Origin: Endomicrobiia bacterium
Lineage (GTDB): Bacteria > Elusimicrobiota > Endomicrobiia > DTEH01
Length of the DNA: 64,000 bases
Assembly (NCBI GenBank): GCA_039630545.1
Contig: JBCNUU010000005.1
Coordinates: forward strand, 71,474 to 135,473
Direction of reading: 5' to 3'
Part shown: one piece after another, positions 1 to 9,559 of the stretch
Layout of the letters: each line of letters starts with the position of its first letter
Numbering within the stretch: position 1 is the stretch's first letter
Notes under the pieces: generated by a model
Told to the model about the DNA's origin: nothing
The model's input: only the letters and a program-made list of their open reading frames with translations
Databases searched by the model: none
Position numbers and translations under genes: made by a program

Positions 1-730
1 CAATAATTTTACCATATTTATCTCTAATTGGGATAGGTTTTCCTTCCGGAGTTCCTGCTCCTACTGTATAAACTATAATATTGTTTTCTTTTAACTCTTT
101 AATTAATTCCTTAGAATAAGAGTCATGATCTTCTCCATCAGTAAACATAACTAGTACTTTGGTTGATTTAGAAATTTCTTTTAATACTCTTAAAGCTTCC
201 TGTAAAGCTAACCCTATTTTGGTGCCAGGATAAGGTACAATATCGGTGTCGATGATTTCTAAAAGGTCCTTGGCTGCTTGTAGGTCATTTGTTATAGGGC
301 AGTGATAGAACGCAGTACCTGCAAAAGTTATGATGCCTACTCTATTTGTTTCTATTTTTTCTAAAAGCAACCTTGCTGTTCTTTTAACAAACTCAAGACG
401 GTTAGGAGACACATCTTCCGTAAGCATACTCTTTGAGACGTCTATTATAAAAATAATATCTACACCGTAAGTTTTAATTTCTTGAGGTTTCACTCCCCAT
501 TGGGGTCCACTTAATGAAATGAAGAATAAAACAAAGATTAAAAATACAATAAAAAGATTTATTTTTTGAACTTTGAATGTCCCTTCAAAAATAATTTTAT
601 TAATAAGATTTAAAGAAATTATGCTGTTTAATGTTTTGTAATATCTTCTATAAATTAAAATTAAAAAAATAAACAGCAAAGGCAGACATATAATTCCGGT
701 ATATAACCAAAAATTATTTTGAAAATTCAT
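1..730 (-). CDS. VWA-domain protein, BatB-like (3' end runs off the window)
   Basis: Translated by hand from ATG at 730: MNFQNNFWLY...SGPQWG...DIIFIIDVSKSMLTEDVSPNRL...MFTDGEDHD...GAGTPEG. MIDAS DxSxS motif; directly downstream of a BatA-like gene. Not in the ORF track. Confidence 0.85.
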   Translation of the reverse strand, partial: MNFQNNFWLYTGIICLPLLFIFLILIYRRYYKTLNSIISLNLINKIIFEGTFKVQKINLFIVFLIFVLFFISLSGPQWGVKPQEIKTYGVDIIFIIDVSKSMLTEDVSPNRLEFVKRTARLLLEKIETNRVGIITFAGTAFYHCPITNDLQAAKDLLEIIDTDIVPYPGTKIGLALQEALRVLKEISKSTKVLVMFTDGEDHDSYSKELIKELKENNIIVYTVGAGTPEGKPIPIRDKYGKII

Positions 731-738
731 ATATGAAA

Positions 739-1731
739 TCAAGGAATTCTAAGAAATACTACCTTTTCTAAAACAAATTTTAATACAAAACACAAAAAAG
801 CACAAAATAAGAAAAACTGATGAAGGTACTTATATTCTTTATACTCTAGAGTTTTTATTTCTGTTTTTTCTAACTTATCAATTTCTCTAAAAGCTTGAAA
901 CATTTTTTCTTTAGATGTGACATGAAAATATTTGCCACCTGTAATTTCTGCAATTTGGATTAAAGTTGGTTCATCTAAGTCCTGAGGATAGTAAACTTCT
1001 CTTTTTCCCCAAAAAGGATCTTCTACAATATATAGGGACTTACCAGTTGCTTTACCGCATCCTATTGTGTAGATCTTTATATCCATGGATTGAGCAGCTT
1101 TTGCTGCTGTTATTGGGTCTACTTGTCCGATGTTGTGTCTTCCATCAGTTAAAAGGATCACAAGCTTTGATTTACTTTCATGTTTCATTCTACTTATAGC
1201 TGTAATTATAGCATCACCTATGGCAGTACCATCCAGCTTTATCATTCCAATTTTTGAATTGTCTAATACTCTTAAAACAGCGTCCATATCCGTGGTTAAA
1301 GGACAGGTTAAAATAGGAATTCCACTAAAAACCACAACTCCTATTCTATCTTTGTTTCTTAGTTTTACAAATTCCTTTGCTGCTAAAACAGCTACTTCAA
1401 ACCTATTTTTGGGATAGAAATCTAAAGCTAACATACTGGTTGAGGTATCTAAACATAGCATGATGTCAACTACTTGTTTCGTTTCTTCTTTTGAAATTAT
1501 TCCCTTTTTAGGACCACTTGCAGCAAAAATTAGCATACTTAAACATACTACATAAAGTATGTTTAAAATTCGTGTTAGATTAATTTTTGTTTTATTATTT
1601 GATAAAACTTTATTTAATATATCAACATTTGTAAATTTTATTCTTAAGACATTTTTCTTGTTTTCCAGAAACCACCATACAAACGGCAAACCAGCCAGTA
1701 AAATTAATAGAAACGGTCTTTCAAAATTCAT
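739..1731 (-). CDS. VWA-domain protein, BatA-like
   Basis: N-terminal BatA membrane segment, DTSTSM MIDAS motif, GTAIGDAI, LLTDG, C-terminal TM. Confidence 0.88.
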   Translation of the reverse strand: MNFERPFLLILLAGLPFVWWFLENKKNVLRIKFTNVDILNKVLSNNKTKINLTRILNILYVVCLSMLIFAASGPKKGIISKEETKQVVDIMLCLDTSTSMLALDFYPKNRFEVAVLAAKEFVKLRNKDRIGVVVFSGIPILTCPLTTDMDAVLRVLDNSKIGMIKLDGTAIGDAIITAISRMKHESKSKLVILLTDGRHNIGQVDPITAAKAAQSMDIKIYTIGCGKATGKSLYIVEDPFWGKREVYYPQDLDEPTLIQIAEITGGKYFHVTSKEKMFQAFREIDKLEKTEIKTLEYKEYKYLHQFFLFCAFLCFVLKFVLEKVVFLRIP

Positions 1732-1734
1732 AAA

Positions 1735-2643
1735 TTAAACTATAAGCTCCTTCGACATTTCAAAATCTTTTAAAATCTGTTCCTTTTCAGGAACATGTTT
1801 TGCGAATTTTGCAAGATCAGCATTTTCTAAGAAAGATTTTAATTTTACATTATAGTTTTTTTCAGCTTTCTTTTTTAAAACTAAAAAGAGCTCTTCTGTA
1901 GTAAGTTCCAGCGCATTTACTTTGTACTTTTCTCCAACATACCATCTTACTATTTCTGTTAGTTCAAAATAAAACTCCTTTATAAGATTTTGATTTATGT
2001 AATTTTTATTCCATAACTCATCTAATTTTTTTAACGCCTGTTCTTTAATATCTACAAAATAATTGGTAGTTTGCATGTTAACAACTTGTTTTTTGTTATA
2101 TCTATAAAGAAAATATAAGGTTGCCAAAACTATTGATATGAGTACTAAAATTGCCCATAGATAATTTCTTATCCAGATTTGTTTCTTAATATCTATTATT
2201 TCACCATCAAATTTTTTGTTTTTGGGTTTAGGATAAGGTAAAACTTCTATTTCCAAAGATGGCAGAGTTATTATTTTTTCTTCGTTATTGGATGTCTCTA
2301 CACAGCTTATTTCTAACTCATTAAGCTTTAATTTACCAAGTTCTACAGGTATAAGATAAAATACAAATTTATGCTTAATTTTGTTACTTAAAAATTTTTT
2401 TGTTTTTTTACTTTCCTTTTTATAAAGTATAAAATTTTCTTTACCAGTGGTGTCTTTTATAACTTCATAAATATCAAAACTCTTAATTTGAAAATTTTCT
2501 GGATAAAGCAAGACTATGTTGTACTCAAAAAAATCTCCTAAAAAAACTTTCTTCTTGTTTAAAAATGTTTGAGATTTAATTTGAGTAAATCCACAAGGTA
2601 CCAATAATAAAAAGAGTAAACTCAAACACACTATATTTTTCAT
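1735..2643 (-). CDS. BatD-like / bat-cluster membrane-anchored protein
   Basis: Signal peptide, beta-rich domain, single TM, then ALELTTEE...ADLAKFAK tail typical of the gene between DUF58 and batA. Confidence 0.7.
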   Translation of the reverse strand: MKNIVCLSLLFLLLVPCGFTQIKSQTFLNKKKVFLGDFFEYNIVLLYPENFQIKSFDIYEVIKDTTGKENFILYKKESKKTKKFLSNKIKHKFVFYLIPVELGKLKLNELEISCVETSNNEEKIITLPSLEIEVLPYPKPKNKKFDGEIIDIKKQIWIRNYLWAILVLISIVLATLYFLYRYNKKQVVNMQTTNYFVDIKEQALKKLDELWNKNYINQNLIKEFYFELTEIVRWYVGEKYKVNALELTTEELFLVLKKKAEKNYNVKLKSFLENADLAKFAKHVPEKEQILKDFEMSKELIV

Positions 2644-2679
2644 CTTATGGCAAAAGAAAGGAAAAAAATCGAAAGGTTC

Positions 2680-3555
2680 CTATTTTATTCTTTTTTCTCT
2701 AATATAAAAAAATTTTAACAAAGAATCAATATATGAAGTATCAGTGGATATTTCTATTAGATCAACTTTATATTTTTTAGCTATATCTCTCAAGTAAACA
2801 TCTGAGTTTTCTATTTCCCGTTGATATAGTTTTAATAAATCCTTCGTGAGATAAAAGGAATAACTCTCACCGGCTTCTATATCTTCCATATCAAAAATTC
2901 CTGCAACAGGTATTTTTTTTTCTAAGGGATCTGCTATTTTTATCAATATAAGATCGTGTTTTTTAGAAATCACTTTTATTGATTGTTCATATCCTTTATC
3001 TTTAAAGTCAGAAAACAAAAATGCTATACATTTTTTCTTTTGTGCTCTGTAAAAGAATTGTAAAGCAGAGTTTAGGTTTGTTTGTCTATTTTGGGGTTTA
3101 TAATAAAGAATTTCTCTTATAATTCTTAGGATATGAGATAAAGATTTTTTAGCAGGGATATAAAGTTCTGGTTTATTTGTAAAAATAATTGCACCTACTT
3201 TGTCATTATTTTTCAAAGCAGATAAAGCAAATATACATGCAATCTCAGCTACTATTTCTGCTTTTGTTTTGAGGTAGGAGCCAAATTGTTGAGATGCGCT
3301 CATATCTATAAGTAACATAATAGTTAATTCTCTTTCTTCTATAAATTTTTTAATAAAAAGACGACCATACCTTGCTGTTACATTCCAGTCAATGCTTCTT
3401 ATGTCGTCTCCAGGAACATATTCTCTTACTTCTTCAAACTCCATTCCACGACCTTTGAATACACTTGAATATTGGCCTGCAAACAGTTCATTTACTATTT
3501 TGTTTGTTTTAAACTCAATTTTTCGTATTTGTTTTAAAATTTCTACAGGAATCAT
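2680..3555 (-). CDS. DUF58 domain protein (MoxR-associated, VWA-like)
   Basis: GRGMEFEEVREYVPGDDIRSIDWNVTAR, DMSAS, SDF motifs. Confidence 0.92.
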   Translation of the reverse strand: MIPVEILKQIRKIEFKTNKIVNELFAGQYSSVFKGRGMEFEEVREYVPGDDIRSIDWNVTARYGRLFIKKFIEERELTIMLLIDMSASQQFGSYLKTKAEIVAEIACIFALSALKNNDKVGAIIFTNKPELYIPAKKSLSHILRIIREILYYKPQNRQTNLNSALQFFYRAQKKKCIAFLFSDFKDKGYEQSIKVISKKHDLILIKIADPLEKKIPVAGIFDMEDIEAGESYSFYLTKDLLKLYQREIENSDVYLRDIAKKYKVDLIEISTDTSYIDSLLKFFYIREKRIK

Positions 3556-3560
3556 ATTTT

Positions 3561-4037
3561 TTAAGATTTTAGCTTTTTTACTAAACTAGCAATCATTTTT
3601 CCGTAGGCTTTGCATTGTTTTTCAACTCTCAAATCGGGTTTGCCAATGCTTACAGGTCCGTAGTGGTCACCTTTTGATGTCCCTTTTACTATCATTCCGT
3701 GAATTAACATTGCTTGTATTATTGACATAATAGTAGTTTCGTTTCCCCCTCCAACATTAGCAGAAGAAGAAAATGCACCACCCACTTTGCCTTCAAGCGA
3801 ACCATGAAAAGCTACAGAATCATCCAATAGCTTTTTGATTTGATATGCAGGTAGTCCATAATAAGTTGGAGAACCAATAATTATCCCATCATATTCAAGT
3901 AGTTCTTTTGCATCTGTATCTTCAACATTTTTTACTACAACATCAATTTTTTCTTCTTTTACACCCTCTGCTATAAGTTCTGCCATTTTTTTAGTATTGC
4001 CTGTTTCAGAATAATAGATAATCAAAATTTTAGCCAT
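3561..4037 (-). CDS. Flavodoxin-fold NAD(P)H:quinone oxidoreductase (WrbA-like)
   Basis: YYSETGNTKKMAE, GSPTYYG, GGNETT motifs. Confidence 0.85.
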   Translation of the reverse strand: MAKILIIYYSETGNTKKMAELIAEGVKEEKIDVVVKNVEDTDAKELLEYDGIIIGSPTYYGLPAYQIKKLLDDSVAFHGSLEGKVGGAFSSSANVGGGNETTIMSIIQAMLIHGMIVKGTSKGDHYGPVSIGKPDLRVEKQCKAYGKMIASLVKKLKS

Positions 4038-4128
4038 ATATTTTTTACCCCCTGATGAAATTTACCAAAAGAATATAATTTTTAGAAAAGTTTATCAATA
4101 TTTAGTGGTAGTTATTGTAAGGATCTTT

Positions 4129-5724
4129 TTACCACACTTTAGTTAGATAATAAATTTCAGATTTTCCACTATATAAAATTTGTTCAGTTTCTTTTGGAAT
4201 TATTTTAAGTAAAACTTTTACACCTTCATTGTGTAAATCATAAGCATAAACAGTTATGCTACCATCTACCTCAGATGAAAAGCCTTGCCAATAGTTTGCT
4301 TGTATAGCATATCTTGTGGTTTCATACAAAAGTTCATATTTTTGTTCAATGGGATAAATCACATATAATGAATATTTATATCCAAGATTTTGTGGTGTTT
4401 TAAATAAAACATAAATAGTTGTTGAGTTTACTATTTGATATGATAAAAGATTATCTTGCTGTGTAGCATTAAAACTACTGAAAGGAACTTCATAACAATA
4501 ATTTGTGGTTCCATTTGAAAGATTTAGTTCTGTAAATCTGAATTTTCTTTGATAATTATTTAGGTCATAACCCATTGACATAAAAGATACGGTTCTGTCA
4601 CCGGTTGAAATAATATGAAGTTTTTCTCCACCATAAAGAAATGGCTGTGCTTCTGCACTTAAAAAAGACGATATTTGAATTTCATAATTAGTTTCCTGGT
4701 TGCATTTTATTGAAGTTATTTTTATGCCTGAAAAATTATAAGCGAGCTCTTCAAATTTCTTTATCATAAATATAACATCTCGGTTACTATCGAGTAATAC
4801 ATAGCCATCTACAAAAGATTGGGGTATCTCTGTGACCACAGGACTTAATTCTCCTGGAGAAGATATCTTTCTATATTTCCAGCCTGAGTTTCCCATAGTA
4901 GAATAGTTATAAAGAATATTCCCGAATTTATCTACCCAGAAAGCTTTGCCTTCTTCAGTGTTAATAACATGTTCACTTTCTGCAGTAATTACTCGCCAGC
5001 TCATGTCAGAAGTTTTGAGTTTAATTAATCTTTCAGAAGTGTCTACAAAATAATAATTGCCGTAATCATCGTATCTTATTGGTTGTGGTGAGTAGTCGGT
5101 GGGAAGAATTTTTCCTGTCCATGCAGCTCCATCTTTAATCCTTACTAGATACTTAGGAATAAAACCAGGATATGTTGGAAGTTTTTGATATTCGGTGGTT
5201 GTTACAGTTTGGGTGCTACCATTAACTATTTGGGTTGATTTTTTTATTATCCATATGCCATTTATTTCTAAACCAACAGATAGATACTCTGTTCCCATTT
5301 TTACAATATAGTTGACATTTACATCAAAAATATTTCCATTTTCATCAGTGATGTTTACTTCTTCTATCTCTCCATTTTCTTTTATTTTAAAAATAACTTT
5401 TTGTTCTGTATTTTGTGGCTGGTAATAAATTGATTTTGCTTTTTTAAGTACAGGGTTAATTGTGGAGTTAGATCTTGCTGATACAAATATATACCTTGCT
5501 TGAGATAGGTCAAATTTACTTATTTTGCCTGAGTAATACACTTGTGGTTTTTCATCTTTTGTTTTTGAGATTTTGCCTTCTTCCTGTCCTTTCTCCAATG
5601 TTTTTCTTATAAATCCTTTTGTTCCAAAGCCAAACTGGAAACTATAGTTTTTTGAAATAAAAAATAAATTTAATAATATTGTTAAACAAAAAAATTTTAC
5701 AAAAAAAATGTTAGATTTTTTCAT
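4129..5724 (-). CDS. Uncharacterised secreted beta-rich protein (531 aa)
   Basis: Long ORF with AAGGAGG RBS, signal peptide, beta-strand-rich Tyr/Ser/Thr composition. Confidence 0.75.
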   Translation of the reverse strand: MKKSNIFFVKFFCLTILLNLFFISKNYSFQFGFGTKGFIRKTLEKGQEEGKISKTKDEKPQVYYSGKISKFDLSQARYIFVSARSNSTINPVLKKAKSIYYQPQNTEQKVIFKIKENGEIEEVNITDENGNIFDVNVNYIVKMGTEYLSVGLEINGIWIIKKSTQIVNGSTQTVTTTEYQKLPTYPGFIPKYLVRIKDGAAWTGKILPTDYSPQPIRYDDYGNYYFVDTSERLIKLKTSDMSWRVITAESEHVINTEEGKAFWVDKFGNILYNYSTMGNSGWKYRKISSPGELSPVVTEIPQSFVDGYVLLDSNRDVIFMIKKFEELAYNFSGIKITSIKCNQETNYEIQISSFLSAEAQPFLYGGEKLHIISTGDRTVSFMSMGYDLNNYQRKFRFTELNLSNGTTNYCYEVPFSSFNATQQDNLLSYQIVNSTTIYVLFKTPQNLGYKYSLYVIYPIEQKYELLYETTRYAIQANYWQGFSSEVDGSITVYAYDLHNEGVKVLLKIIPKETEQILYSGKSEIYYLTKVW

Positions 5725-5748
5725 AAAATCCTCCTTTTTACATCCTTT

Positions 5749-6177
5749 TTACAGTTTAAAAATCCATGTTAATTTTGTGTTTAGAACCAGACCCCAATCA
5801 GTAAATACCTCATTGCCTTTAAGAGAACACATAAAAATACCCATATCTATTCCTAAATGTAAACCTTTAAATAATTTTTTATCTAAACCACTAAAAATCC
5901 CGGCTGCGTATCCCCATTCAAGTAAATTTGAGTTAATATAATTAGATTCTAATCCCAGATATAGTCCAAAATCCTGTTTTATTATTTTTAGTTGTTTTAT
6001 AAATGGATAAAATCTTATTCCAAATGTCGTAAAATCTTTATCAAATAAGGATTGTATTTCAAACCTGCTAACTCTTATATGCACACCTGTATCTGCAGTA
6101 TATCCTATTCCTAAATCTATTGCCTGAAGAGTAGCCGTGAAACAGATAATAAATATAAAAGATAGAGATTTTTTCAT
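5749..6177 (-). CDS. Small outer-membrane beta-barrel protein (about 8 strands), hypothetical
   Basis: AAGGAGGAG RBS, signal peptide ending LQA, alternating amphipathic strands, C-terminal LTWIFKL. Confidence 0.65.
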   Translation of the reverse strand: MKKSLSFIFIICFTATLQAIDLGIGYTADTGVHIRVSRFEIQSLFDKDFTTFGIRFYPFIKQLKIIKQDFGLYLGLESNYINSNLLEWGYAAGIFSGLDKKLFKGLHLGIDMGIFMCSLKGNEVFTDWGLVLNTKLTWIFKL

Positions 6178-6220
6178 AAACTCCTCCTTAGGTTTTAAAC
6201 TTTTCCTTTAGTCTTCCTTT

Positions 6221-6258
6221 AATTAAATACGAAAAAATTATTAATTAGGTTACAAAAA
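6221..6258 (-). promoter_or_regulatory. ECF-sigma-type promoter TGTAAC-N17-CGTA
   Basis: Minus strand TTTTTGTAAC (core 6249-6254), 17-nt spacer, CGTATTTAATT (core 6228-6231); near-identical copy at 26148-26185. Confidence 0.65.
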
Positions 6259-6270
6259 GCATACAAATTG

Positions 6271-7488
6271 TTAAGATTTTTTGTAAATTAAATTTTTATT
6301 TTTAAGGTGGTTTATCAGATTAAGATATTTTATGTTAATTGAAATTTCTAAATTTTGAAATTTTGTAGATGGAAGCGGAGTAAATATATGAGGATGAATA
6401 TAAACTTTATATCTGTTTGTAAGTTCCTCTATTACTTTAATTGTTTGTTGTATGTCTGTATCTTCCTCGTAAGGCAAACCAAATATGAAGTCAAGATTTA
6501 CTTTGAAATTTGCTTTTGTTAAAAGTTCAACGGCTTTGTATACATCAGAAATAGTGTGTTGCCTGTTAGTTAAATTTAGAATTCTATCAGAGCCAGACTG
6601 GACACCAACTATTACATTGTCGTTGTCCGCATATTTTTTGAGAAGCTCCACAGTATCTTGTGTAATGTGCTCTGGTCTTAGTTCTGATGGAAAAGTACCT
6701 AAAAATAGTTTTCCTTTTGGTTTTATTATCTTTGAAACATTCTTGAAAAGTTCTTCAAGTTTGGTTAAGTTTAAGTTTTTGCCGTTTTGTGAACCGTATA
6801 AGAATAAGCTTGGTGTAATAAATCTTGTGTCATAGAGTCCTTTTGATGCCATTATTTCTACTGACTCACAGATATTTTGTATATCTCTGTGTCTAAGTTT
6901 TGTACCAAAAATTTGGGATGTCTGACAAAATGCGCAGTTGTAAGGACATCCGCGGGTTATTTCAATCGGACCGTAGCGGTTAAAATAATAAGGTACTGCA
7001 GGATATTTGTTTAAGTCAACATCGTAAAGTTTAATTTGTGTTTTTATAAATTCTTTATCTCTTATGTATGCAAGATTGTTTATGTTAAAGTACTCTTCTG
7101 ATCGTATTATTTTTTTAACCAGTTCTGGAAAAACATTTTCAGCCTCATGTAATACAGCAATGTCAAATCCTAAATTAATAGCTGTTTCAAAACTACCAGT
7201 TGGATGAGGTCCTCCACAGATCAAAGTTATTTTTTTATCTTTTTTAATTTTTTCTACTAAAGATTTTATACTTAAAAACTGAATTGTTGTAAAGGAGATT
7301 CCTATTATGAGTTTGTTATAGATTTTTGATTTCTCTTCAACTGTAGAAAAGATTTCTTCTTCTGTGTAAGCAAGTTTTATATCTACTAAATCTAATAATT
7401 CCTGTGATGATTGTAAACTGCAAAGAAGAGAGTTTATACTGTATCTATTTTGTTTATTGTAAAAAAATATAAGCAAGTTTTCTTTCAT
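6271..7488 (-). CDS. B12-binding domain / radical SAM protein (TIGR04013-like)
   Basis: GGPHPTG in B12-binding region, EITRGCPYNCAFC (CxxxCxxC), FPSELRPE, GVQSGS, DFIFGLP. Confidence 0.85.
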   Translation of the reverse strand: MKENLLIFFYNKQNRYSINSLLCSLQSSQELLDLVDIKLAYTEEEIFSTVEEKSKIYNKLIIGISFTTIQFLSIKSLVEKIKKDKKITLICGGPHPTGSFETAINLGFDIAVLHEAENVFPELVKKIIRSEEYFNINNLAYIRDKEFIKTQIKLYDVDLNKYPAVPYYFNRYGPIEITRGCPYNCAFCQTSQIFGTKLRHRDIQNICESVEIMASKGLYDTRFITPSLFLYGSQNGKNLNLTKLEELFKNVSKIIKPKGKLFLGTFPSELRPEHITQDTVELLKKYADNDNVIVGVQSGSDRILNLTNRQHTISDVYKAVELLTKANFKVNLDFIFGLPYEEDTDIQQTIKVIEELTNRYKVYIHPHIFTPLPSTKFQNLEISINIKYLNLINHLKNKNLIYKKS

Positions 7489-8486
7489 ATGTAAGTATAG
7501 TACTGAGTAGGTGTAAGTTCTTTGAATTGGTGTGTTTTAGCTACTATGTGTTTTCTTATATCTAAACACATATGACATTTGGAAATGTAACCCTCAGATA
7601 AAGGTTGATAGTGGTATTGTTTTGCAATATAATAGAGTTCTTCTAAACTCTTTGTTAATGCCTGGATTATTGGTTTCTCTTTTAGGTTAACATTCAGTGG
7701 GTCATGAGTTTCAAATAAGTTGTTTAAAGAAATTCCTGCACAGAAACTTGGAATATAGTTGCCATAGTTGTCTATGTGTACATGATATGGATTAATGAAT
7801 TCTTCAGCACAGTTCGTATTAAAAAAATACTCTTTAGGATATTTTTTAAATAAATTAGTAAGTTTATATGTTGCTCTTCCCATAGGTAGAAGTTCCATAT
7901 ATGTTAACATTTTATATCCAAATTTTTTGATAAATTCTTCAAATTTTAGAGTTGCAAATATATTAGATTTTGCTATTGCGTCATAAAAAATTTCTTGATA
8001 TAGTATAACGCCGCTATGACCAAAAATTTCTAAGGCAGATTCCAGAGCAACTTTTATATTTCTGAATTTTACAAACTCTAAAACAAATGGGTTTATACTT
8101 AAAAGAATCCCATCTAATCCATAGGATCTAAGCTTAGAAAGTTTTTCAATTGAAGTTTTTTTATCTTTTGCCCAAAAGCAATTGGTTTCAACTAACACAG
8201 GAGAGATTTTGTGCTCTTTTGCAATTTTAACTAAATCAACTAAGAGCTCAAAGTTTAAAAAAGGTTCTCCTCCTGAGAAGTGAATTCCTGCGTTGAATGT
8301 AATATAGGAGGATTTTGGAAGCCACTTTGAAAGTTGTTCTATAATAAATATAGCTTTTTTCTTATCTAAAAAATCTGCCGACCATTTAGCAGAAGAGGCA
8401 TAAACGCAATGTCTACAATTAGCACAGCAACGATAAGTAAGAAATATTCCGCAGGATACAGGTTTTGGTAAAGTAAGTTTTTCCAT
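7485..8486 (-). CDS. Radical SAM protein
   Basis: TYRCCANCRHC, FSGGEPF, ETNCFWA, C-terminal Cys (C..FC..KCHMC). Confidence 0.85.
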   Translation of the reverse strand: MEKLTLPKPVSCGIFLTYRCCANCRHCVYASSAKWSADFLDKKKAIFIIEQLSKWLPKSSYITFNAGIHFSGGEPFLNFELLVDLVKIAKEHKISPVLVETNCFWAKDKKTSIEKLSKLRSYGLDGILLSINPFVLEFVKFRNIKVALESALEIFGHSGVILYQEIFYDAIAKSNIFATLKFEEFIKKFGYKMLTYMELLPMGRATYKLTNLFKKYPKEYFFNTNCAEEFINPYHVHIDNYGNYIPSFCAGISLNNLFETHDPLNVNLKEKPIIQALTKSLEELYYIAKQYHYQPLSEGYISKCHMCLDIRKHIVAKTHQFKELTPTQYYTYI

Positions 8487-8495
8487 TCTAACAAA

Positions 8496-8524
8496 ATTAT
8501 ATAATTTAATCTTTTAAAAGTCAA
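8496..8524 (-). promoter_or_regulatory. Sigma70 promoter TTGACT-N17-TATAAT
   Basis: Minus strand TTGACT at 8519-8524 and TATAAT at 8496-8501, 9 nt before the ATG at 8486. Confidence 0.75.
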
Positions 8525-8576
8525 TCCAGATAATCCAGATATTGAATTTAATGAGGTATTTTTATAAGTTTTTGTT

Positions 8577-9461
8577 ATGAAGTATGATTGTTGTTGTATA
8601 GGTAGAACCTGTGTTGACTATATAGCATTGGTTGAAAAATATCCTGAAAAAGATACGAAAATTCCTCTTTTAAACTACAAAATCTGCATAGGTGGTCAGG
8701 CCGCTAATGCATCTTTAGTTTTAGCTAAACTTGGACTTAAAACCCTTCTTGTTAGTCCATTAGGAAAGGATAGTTTAGGAGAGTTTGTTAAAAAGTCGTT
8801 GAAGAACATTAAAAATTTACATACTGTATTTATCCCATCCAACAACACACCATGTGCCTTTATCTGGACAGAAAAGAAAACATCTAAAAGAACAATTGTT
8901 TATGAAAAAATAGAAAGAGGCATGGTCTACATGTTAAATATTATTGAAAAATCAATTAAAAACTCAAAATATCTTCTTTTTGATCATCAAAGCTGTAAGG
9001 ATTTGTATCAAAATTCTAATTTATTTTATAAATATAGAGTTAAAATTATGATGGATGCAGAAAGAAAAGATAAGTATATGTTTAAAATGTTGCCGTATAT
9101 AAATTACTTTGTATGTAGCAAAGAACTCGCGGATTCGTTGGGTTTAGAAGTAAAGCAACTATTAAAAGAGTTTATCAAAAAAGGGCCAGAAATAGTTTGT
9201 TGCACTTTAGGTAAAGATGGCGCAGTAGCTATGGTAAAAGGAGAAAATAAAATTTATTATGAAAAAGGATATAAGGTTAATTCTATAGATACTACAGGAG
9301 CTGGTGATGTTTTTCATGCAGGGTTTCTTTATGGAGTTGCAAAAGGTTGGAAAATTTCACAAATTCTTAAATTTTCTAATAAGCTTGCCGCCTTTTCTAC
9401 AAAAACTATTGGAGGAAGTAGTTTTTTGGAGATTTATGGAAATTCACTGGTTAACTTTTAA
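8577..9461 (+). CDS. PfkB-family carbohydrate kinase
   Basis: GGQAANAS and DTTGAGDVFHAG signatures. Confidence 0.92.
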   Translation: MKYDCCCIGRTCVDYIALVEKYPEKDTKIPLLNYKICIGGQAANASLVLAKLGLKTLLVSPLGKDSLGEFVKKSLKNIKNLHTVFIPSNNTPCAFIWTEKKTSKRTIVYEKIERGMVYMLNIIEKSIKNSKYLLFDHQSCKDLYQNSNLFYKYRVKIMMDAERKDKYMFKMLPYINYFVCSKELADSLGLEVKQLLKEFIKKGPEIVCCTLGKDGAVAMVKGENKIYYEKGYKVNSIDTTGAGDVFHAGFLYGVAKGWKISQILKFSNKLAAFSTKTIGGSSFLEIYGNSLVNF

Positions 9462-9559
9462 AAAAATACAACCCAGAATCCAAAATTAAAGTATTACTTT
9501 TAATTTATTTTTCAAAAATACTTTACTTTAATTTTATTTCTAAAATATACGAAAAATCG

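Noticed and set aside
9482..9540. AT-rich inverted and direct repeats between pfkB and larA
   Set aside because: Could be a weak bidirectional terminator, but is easily produced by chance at this AT content
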